NCBI GenBank assembly: GCA_000934665.2
Contig: JYFJ02002606.1
Coordinates: forward strand, 1-54,065
Reading direction: 5' to 3'
From: Catajapyx aquilonaris
Taxonomy: Eukaryota
DNA: 54,065 bases
Under the pieces are notes generated by a model, which was not told where the DNA came from, ran no database searches, and was given only the letters and a program-made list of their open reading frames with translations. Within the stretch, counting starts at the first letter, position 1; the number at the start of each line of letters is the position of its first letter. The position numbers and the translations under genes are program-made. Below are positions 46,701-54,065 of this stretch, piece by piece.

Positions 46701-47789
46701 TGGGAGATTACAAATTGCTTGACACGGTAACTAATTGCAATTCATTTGATGATAAGAGAATCCAAGTAGTACATTTGCATTTCAGGAGTTGGACAGAATG
46801 TATGATCGCTACCTACTGATGAACAAATGCATACACGAAGCAGCTCACGAGAAGAATGAGAGTGTATTGAAAGAAGCTTATGCGAGGTACATGACGATTA
46901 TGGATGCTGCCTGTGGAGACACAGAAGTATTTGATGCGGAAGAATTAGCAGAAGAGCATAACGTTGCAAAGAACAGGAGCATGAACCTATTTCGGGAGGC
47001 GAATAAAAAGGGTGACGAGAAGTTCATAGAGGAATACAAGGAAAAATTAATTCAGGTAAGTGGTTCAAAACTGGACACTGATACAACATGTTACACTGAT
47101 TTTTTCTCCCAGAAATTAGGCCACAAGTTCGAGATGTATGTTGTGAAGAATGACGAAAGACGTCGGCAGGCAGAGAGGGATAACGATGCGGCCGTAACTG
47201 ATGCAAAGGAGAACTACAGAATGCGCCTGAATGAGTTCACTGGCCAGCACCCAAATGAGTTCATCCGCGAGGCGGACTTATGTACAGTAGATGTAGCCGC
47301 AAGTGATGAGAGTATGAATATCTTCAGGAGTATGGAGAAGATGGGTGGTGATAGATTCTCAAGGCCATATGAGGATAAGCTTAAACAGGTAATAATATCT
47401 GTCTGTTTTCTGTTTATTTGTGTGACCAAACAGTGAATTTCTTTTGCAATTAGGAATTGGACAGGATATTTAGAATGTGCCTTGCTGACAATGCAAAGAG
47501 GCTGTCGATGATGCCGAATGGTAGACATATGACTGCAGCTGGAGTGTCAGGTGCAGTGATACGCGTTGGTTTCTTGGCTCTGGAATATGCAGCTGCAGCT
47601 ACTGCGGCTGGTGCAGCAGGGAGTGTTGCATATGGTGCTGGGGGTGCTGCAGTGGGTGTTGGGGCTATAGCAACCGCTGGCACTGGAATGGTCATAGCGG
47701 GTGCTACTGCGTCTGCCATAGCCACCTGTCTTATGGCAAAAACTTTATTATCTACGATCATGTTGAAGCTTAGACGCAGGATGCGATGA
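43783..47789 (+). CDS. Atlastin-family large GTPase, copy 2 (tandem duplicate); 11 exons, ~1057 aa
   Basis: Exons 43783-43892, 43952-44113, 44310-44455, 44518-44729, 44792-45547, 45630-45857, 45974-46246 (GC donor, or a GT at 46277), 46322-46726, 46786-47055, 47113-47388 and 47454-47789. Same motifs and intron positions as copy 1. Confidence 0.9.
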
Positions 47790-49279
47790 ACCCCAGAATC
47801 AATTATTTGTATCATTTTTATATGTTTTATGAACAAACATTTTCCATCACTCTCAGTAGTCAGGTTGTGGGTTAGGTAGCTGCGTGACATACATACCAAG
47901 AAACTATGTGATTTATATTATTAACGGTATGTACCGGTGTTTGTGGCTCAAGCCATATGGCTTCAGTATGCGCAGAAAAAATTCTATTGCACGAGCTCAC
48001 TTATATGTTCAGAATTTTAATTGGAATTTCGTCATATTTTTATACCTTCATGATGATAATTCATAATAAGTGTTTGTACGTCTTGTGTAACCCCTGTATG
48101 GTTGTGCTGTATGAATAAATGGAAACCTTCAAACAAATCTGATGACAATTTAATGGATTCAATAAATTATCCAAATTTAACAATTTTGGAACTATCGTGT
48201 GCCGCATTCATCTGGTAACCCTCCCTCCCTTCAACCGTCGCCTATTCCCTTCTCCGTCTGGCAACCCTGCAAGATTTGAAAACGTCTCTTTTTATTCCCA
48301 GCAGGCAGCAGTGGCCGTGATGACCTGAAGGACGGTCAGTTCCTTTGGCCATAATAAGCAAAATATTCTTCTTCCAGTCCGCCTGCCCATCTTGTTGTGC
48401 AGGGGAAGGGTCGACTTAGTCTATACACGGCACCAGCACAGCACCACACAAGGTCGCTACCCATAACAGTTAAGAGGAAGATTAGAACATTACAGAAATT
48501 AAGTGAGCGGAATGTACGTGAGATGGTGTGGAACGGAACGTGTCAAGTTGCTCAATTATTATTATTACATGTCATGCAATTGGTGCTATTAGCGTTATGT
48601 ACTTACTGATCTTAGCATAATGTACTGGGGTTAGCACAATGTACTTACCGTGTGCGGCGTAATGTACTTACTGTGTGCGGCGTAATGTACTTACTGGTGT
48701 TAGCGTAATGTACTTTGTGCGGCGTAATGTACTTACTGGTGTTAGCATAATGTACGGTACTTACTGGTGTTAGCGTAATGTACTTACTGGTCTTAGCATA
48801 ATGTACTGGTGTTAGCGCAATGTACTTACTCTTGGCAGCGTAATGTACTTACTGTTCGCAGCATAATGTACTTACTGCTCACAGCCTAATTACTTACTGT
48901 TCGCAGCTTAATATACTTCATGTTCGCAGAGTAATGTACTTACTGTTCGCAGCATAATGTACTTCCTGTTCACAGCCTAATTACTTACTGTTCGCAGCTT
49001 AATATACTTCATGTTCGCAGAGTAATGTACTTACTGTTCGCAGCGTAATGTACTTACTGTTCGCAGAGTAATGTACTTACTGTTCGCAGCGTAATGTACT
49101 TACTGTTCGCAGCGTAATGTACTTACTGTTCGCAGCGTAATGTACTTACTGTTCGCAGAGTAATGTACTTCATGTTCGCAGCGTAATGTACTTCACGTTC
49201 ACAGAGTAATGTACTTACTGTTCGCAGCGTAATGTACTTACTGTTAATGTACTTACTGTTCGCAGCGTAATGTACTTAC

Positions 49280-50103
49280 CAGGGTTGTGAACCGAACCGA
49301 ACCCTTGCTCCGTGAACCTGATAACATCGGAACCGCTCCGGAGTGAGCGTCGGAACTTGGTTCGGGTTCGAGCCGGTTCAGGAGCAGAGTGGAGCCAAGC
49401 GGGTCCGGAGTTTGGTTGGGAGCTTGCCAGCTTGGTCCGGAGTTTGGTTTGGGCCAATGGCTCCGGAGCGGGGAGCGGTTCAGGGCTTGGTTAGGTCATA
49501 CACATACCAACTCAATGGGTGGAAAGGCAGAAAAACCGCTGGATTTACTCCAGCGTATGAGTCATGTTTTCATGCTGGCAGAATGACATTTCCAAGCACC
49601 TGCGATACAGGGTGTACAGCAAATGTCACATTTTCATGTCACACGCATTTTTTGTATGTTAAAATATTATATTGTAACATACAAAAAATGTGTATTTCAT
49701 GAATATGTCACATGTACAACAAATGCATATGACCATTAGCTCTTGGTATGACATGAAAATGTGACATTTGCAGTACACCTTCTGTCGCGGGTGATTGGAA
49801 ATGTCATTCTGCCACCATGAAAACATGACGCATACTCTGGAGTAAATCCCGCGGTTTTACTGCCTTGCCCCTTGTTGGGTGTGTATGTTGAACCTAACCA
49901 AGCTCTGAACTGCTCCGAACCCACTCCGGAACCGGGTTCAGCTCCGGAGCCGTTGGCGTGAACCAAACTCCGGACCCGCTCCGACCTTGGCTACACTCTG
50001 CTCCTGAACCCACTCGAACCCAAACCAAGCTCCGACGCTCACTCCGGAGCAGCTCCGATGTTATAGGGTTCACAGCAAGGGTTCAGTTCGGTTCACAAGC
50101 CTG
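49280..50103. mobile_element. hAT-type non-autonomous fold-back element
   Basis: Termini CAGGGTTGTGAACCGAAC / GTTCGGTTCACAAGCCTG with an 8-bp TSD GTACTTAC at 49272-49279 and 50104-50111. The two halves are imperfect reverse complements around ~49690. Confidence 0.88.
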
Positions 50104-50277
50104 GTACTTACTGTTTGCAGCGTAATGCACTTGCTGTACCTACAGTTAGTGTAATGTACTTGCTGTACTTACAGCTAGTGTAATGTACTCTACCGGTATT
50201 TAGTGCATTGTTCTCATTGTATTAGTGTCATGTGCTTAACAGTTAGTGTAATGTAATTAGTGTACGTACTGTACACA

Positions 50278-50389
50278 GCTGGACGTAATAGCATTCCCTA
50301 AAAATTTTCTGATGTTAGCGGCACGAACGAAGATAGCACCTTGTGCCGCTCACGCCTGCAAGTTTTGAGGGACTGCTGTTACGTCCAGC
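50278..50389. mobile_element. Small hairpin MITE-like insertion
   Basis: GCTGGACGTAATAGCATTCCCTAAAA... versus ...TTTTGAGGGACTGCTGTTACGTCCAGC, with an inner AGCGGCAC / GTGCCGCT pair. Confidence 0.55.
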
Positions 50390-50493
50390 CATGTACTTAC
50401 AGTTAGTGTAATGTACCTAGGGCACTGTAACTGATGCTGGGTCTGGTCCGCAGCATGATGGAGTTCGGCTTGTAGCAGACATCCTTCAAAGCG

Positions 50494-52679
50494 ATGGCGT
50501 GTGGAGGCTCATCACAGTTTTCCCTGCCTTCTGCTGGCAGAGGGAAAGACGATGCTTCTGCGCTTTTGTACGACACGCTCACCACCTTGAAGCAAGTCGC
50601 ACCGCCTGCCAACCTGAGGTGCTACAAGAACAACTTGCAGTTTCCGCCCGACATGTTCAAGACGTACAACGTGGAGGCGTTTCAGGATATTACCCACTAC
50701 TTTTACACCACATACAATGCGGATGAGTGCGAGAGGAATCTGGGGAAGTGCTGGCCGGTGGTGGACAAGAAGCAGCAGCTCCTGTTCCGGAAATGCGCTT
50801 GCAGGTGGTTCCAGGAGCTCAAAGCGGTGAGGCCGCCTTAACAAATAATACGCACAAAAAAGTTATTGCAAACAGTTCTAACTTGTTCCTCATTTTATAT
50901 CCGCGCGACACACAGACATATCCTGGATACAACTTCCCCATCTTTAACGAATGCCTGTTCATGTCGCCGAGCGGTGAAAAGTTTGTGTCCTTCATGAACA
51001 AGGTAGCCCACTGCGTCCTTGCACGTGTTTGCCACAGGCATGCTGGTGAGTTGAGAAAATTTCACCCGTCCCGTATCCTACGATTGCGAGTACCGCGCTC
51101 TCGTTGTTGTCTGAACGCTACCAATTATATGTAAAACTGTGCTTCCCGCAGATGCTGCTGGTATCTCCATCTTCCAAATGCCGATGTGCAAGCTGCCCGA
51201 GCACAAGGAAGTGATGCTGAACCTTATGCGTGCCGAGGAGGAGCGACATTTGGAAAAGGCTCGGGAGATGCAGGAGAAGGTGATGGACACAATACGAACA
51301 GGACAGATTCGCATCAGCCGTGAGGTTGCAACCTTCAGGAAACTCCGACTTGAGAATGAGGAAAAGGAGCTGGAGCTGACCAGGACCATCGTGGAGAAGG
51401 GGTGTTCGCCGCAACTCCAGTCGAAGATCAGGGACCTCACCACCAAAGCGGGGATTGGAGGTGAGTTTATCAGAAATCAGATTCGCATTAAATTTGCTTC
51501 AAATTTTTTGCCTCTTTTTACGTCACTAGAATACAAATTACCTGTCATGAGCAAGCTGGATGAGGTAACTTCTTGGTTCAACTTCCTGAAGGAATTTGGG
51601 GTAGTTGGTTTGGAGTTCACGAAGCATACTTCCAAGGCTCTTGAGATGTGCCGTCAACGCAAGGGGGTGGACACGACTGAGTACGAACAGTTGGGGATGT
51701 GGCTGCACGTCATTCAGGAATTGACCAAACGACTTGGCGCAGTAGCTCCGTACGCAGTTATGACCCAGCCGTCCGTATCTACTATCAGAGATCTGGTGAG
51801 CAATTGAAAATCTTCGGCTGAATGAGAAATTGCATAACCGTACCTTTCTTTCCGCAGCTGACAGCAACATTGCACGACATGACGATGATCGCAACGGCAT
51901 GTCCATTCCTGAGGAAATACGCAAACATGCTGGCTGAAGACATTAGCAGTAGGGAATCCAAACTTGTGCTGAAAATGACGGAACAAGTGAAAGACCACCC
52001 TGCAACGTCAAAGGTTCTGAGTCGGGATGTTATAAGGCCACTGCCAGATGACCTTCCCACCCGAGGCCCCATATTGAAGGTAAATGAGTGTGTGTATTTT
52101 AACGTTGCCGCATGATAGTTTTCCCATCTCGTTTTCAGCTGGAAAAGGTGTCGCCAGGCCAGGTGATGAAGTGCTTGACCACTGGGAAGCTGAATCTCGA
52201 TCCAATCGACTTGAGTCTGTCTACGAAGCCCAACAGCAGAGACGGGTCTTCCCAAGCCACTCCCAACATCTTCAACACTAAGGAGAATGCTCCCGGAGAG
52301 TTGCTTCCGCTACGACTCACCACGGAGAAGCTACTTTCCGGTTCGAAGATGCTGGACCCATCGATGAAAGCTGCTGCGGTCCTAGCTTATGCCGAATCCA
52401 TGCTCCAGGATTCATCAGAAAGTGAGTCCGGCAGGATGTGACACTCACGTCCAAATGGCTAAGCCAATTTTTTAATTGTTTCTAGTGCCCATCCCTGTGC
52501 AGCTCCACAAATCTTCAGGCGCTTATGCCTATCCTGCAAAGGAGCAGCCTCGCTATGAACGTCCAACTGTAGTCGAACAGTTCATTAACAAGGACTTCCC
52601 GCACTACCGTCGTCGTATTAAGACCAAGGAGGCCAGCCTGAAAAAGACGGAATCCGAAAGACTGACCAAACTCCAATGA
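50494..52679 (+). CDS. HAUS6: HAUS augmin-like complex subunit 6 (Dgt6), 7 exons, ~578 aa
   Basis: Exons 50494-50826, 50916-51045, 51152-51460, 51530-51795, 51858-52079, 52139-52421 and 52486-52679, all phase-consistent. The N-terminal domain MFKTYNVEAFQDITHY..CWPVVDKKQQLLFRKCACRW..FPIFNECLFMSPSGEKFV matches HAUS6_N (MF..N..AF..I..FL..CWP..D......FRK....W..FP......F.SPGG.KF), followed by coiled coil. Confidence 0.85.
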
Positions 52680-53650
52680 ACGCTTGCTTGCTCACAAAGC
52701 TAACAAGCAACGCAAGAGTACAAAACTGCATAATTTTTTTTGTGGCATGTAATTAGGGAATAATGGTGAGCCGGATTTACTTAACAAAATTAATACATTT
52801 ACATTGTTGAATATGTCAATAAATATTTTGGGGTAATAAAATGGTACAACGTAATGATTCTTCTTTCTGTTTTCACACTTTCAGAGATGCGGGTGGATGC
52901 TTCGGATATATTTATACGTACTTGATGTTTTATACCTAAAAACTTATTGCAACTTGTCATGTACTACGTCGTATCTGCGCAAAGTTGAGCAAGGAAGCAT
53001 CCTACGTAATTGATTGATTGATCTCGTATGACATCCAATTCTTGCTCTATTTTTTGCCTTGATTAGGGGTTGTAAATGACTTATTTTTTCCTTGAACCCG
53101 ACACTTTTCCCACATCCTAACGAACACCATCGGGTTGTCCCAATGCTCGTTACCATCTAATAATACACTGAAACGTGTCAGCGCATCAGTCACGTTTGAC
53201 ATGCAAGCTAAAAATAAGTTTGGGTTGTTTTTTTTACCGGTGGTATATTACTAAGTATAGCATAACCACCTGAATTTTACCAAGTGCAATTGGCTCTGTC
53301 CAGGGTGAGTCATCAGCTTGGTCCACTATACCTGCATGAAGCTGTGAGGAAATATTTTTCCGACATGATTAATGTGCTGTCCTCTCTCTTTTTTTTAGAC
53401 CCATTTACCCCAGGAGACGAGCCCTTAAACCGGACACCTTTGAAACGTCCCCAACCATAGGATGATATGATCCCACAAATCGCTGCTAACAGGCTGGCAA
53501 ATCCCCCTCCCCCGGATAAAGGAGAGCAGACGCAGAACTTGCCTTGGAAGGGGGTATATATAAAAGTGTCCTTGCCTTGCCTCCCACCCTTTAAAAAAGA
53601 GGTATTAAGGCTGGAGGCACAGTTTGTCCACAATTAGTTTGGTCCTTTTT

Positions 53651-53783
53651 ATGATGCGGTTGAGATCATCTGCTGCAGGGATGCTGATGGGATACCTGGT
53701 TCTGGCCGTGTCTTCGGCCGTGGCTGCACCCGACACGACGACCATGCAGGAGGACAGGGTGGTGTTCGACGGTGTGTATCCTG
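53651..53783 (+). CDS. Probable first coding exon of a secreted protein (continues beyond the window)
   Basis: TATATATAAAAG at 53555-53566. ATG at 53651, signal-peptide-like MLMGYLVLAVSSAVAA, and a phase-1 donor CCTG|GTACGT at 53784. Confidence 0.45.
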
Positions 53784-53889
53784 GTACGTACATGTCTGGC
53801 CATCATTTTATGTACAGATGTCATTTGGGCTGAGATGCTTCGTTGCTGAGATAACAGGCAATGGAAGTGTCGTAGGTTTGTATTCGCTC

Positions 53890-53933
53890 AAATTAGCCTC
53901 CAAGAAAGAACATCCTCTCTTGGAGGCTAATTT
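53890..53933. repeat. Short perfect hairpin (16-bp stem, 12-nt loop)
   Basis: AAATTAGCCTCCAAGA / TCTTGGAGGCTAATTT. Confidence 0.7.
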
Positions 53934-53972
53934 CTGCGACTTTAAACCATGTTAATTCCATAACGAGAGGGA

Positions 53973-54065
53973 GACGGAGTGGCGCCGTGGTAACGCGTGC
54001 GCCCACGGAAGTTAAGGTCCCGGGTTCAATCCCCACCCGGGGTCCCACCTTCTTTCGTGCAGAGT
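53973..54065 (+). mobile_element. tRNA-derived SINE head or tRNA pseudogene (tRNA-Arg-like)
   Basis: A-box TGGCGCCGTGG and B-box GGTTCAATCC at tRNA spacing, and GTGGCG..TGG.TAACGCGT resembles tRNA-Arg. The anticodon and acceptor stems do not pair properly. Confidence 0.6.

Larger units (their letters stand above)
48590..50418. repeat. 23-bp minisatellite (GTAATGTACTTACTGTTCGCAGC) interrupted by two inverted-repeat insertions
   Basis: Period 23 (e.g. 49022, 49045, 49068). The array resumes after 50103 and after 50389. Confidence 0.92.

Noticed and set aside
49215..49966. ORFs within the hAT fold-back element
   Set aside because: No transposase motifs; chance frames in GC-rich inverted repeats.
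53973..54046. Functional tRNA-Arg gene
   Set aside because: The anticodon stem (TGCGC/AGTTA) and acceptor stem do not pair; only the A and B boxes are retained.
1..54065. Prokaryotic or phage defence system, or a horizontally transferred bacterial segment
   Set aside because: All recognisable genes are eukaryotic, most with spliceosomal introns; there is no operon-like or bacterial-type region.

Overview
Eukaryotic DNA, most likely from an arthropod (pancrustacean-like): short 45-100 nt spliceosomal introns, divergent ionotropic receptors and many DNA-transposon remnants. In order along the window: (1) the 3' part of an ANKMY1-like gene, whose tandem-repeat exon is interrupted by a probable solo LTR carrying two nested non-autonomous DNA transposons; the insertion can be spliced out in frame. 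(2) A birth-and-death cluster of 7 divergent ionotropic receptor (IR) loci (4 intact, 1 frameshifted, 2 deleted), interleaved with a C2H2 zinc-finger gene, a BC-box/LRR gene, an orphan ORF and ARL14EP, whose 5' end is a fold-back palindrome. (3) TAF1C-like and HAUS6/dgt6-like genes pointing away from each other. Between them, bounded by related GTAC-rich minisatellites in inverted orientation, lie piggyBac debris and two tandem atlastin-family GTPase genes. These are the best candidate for a novel system: about 1030-1060 aa, five exon-duplicated three-helix-bundle modules instead of one, RD to RN in G4, and a Gly/Ala-rich C-terminal hydrophobic segment. The window ends in a probable secreted-protein first exon and a tRNA-derived SINE head. 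All gene models were built by eye from splice sites and exon phase, and family calls come from remembered motifs; no database search was run.
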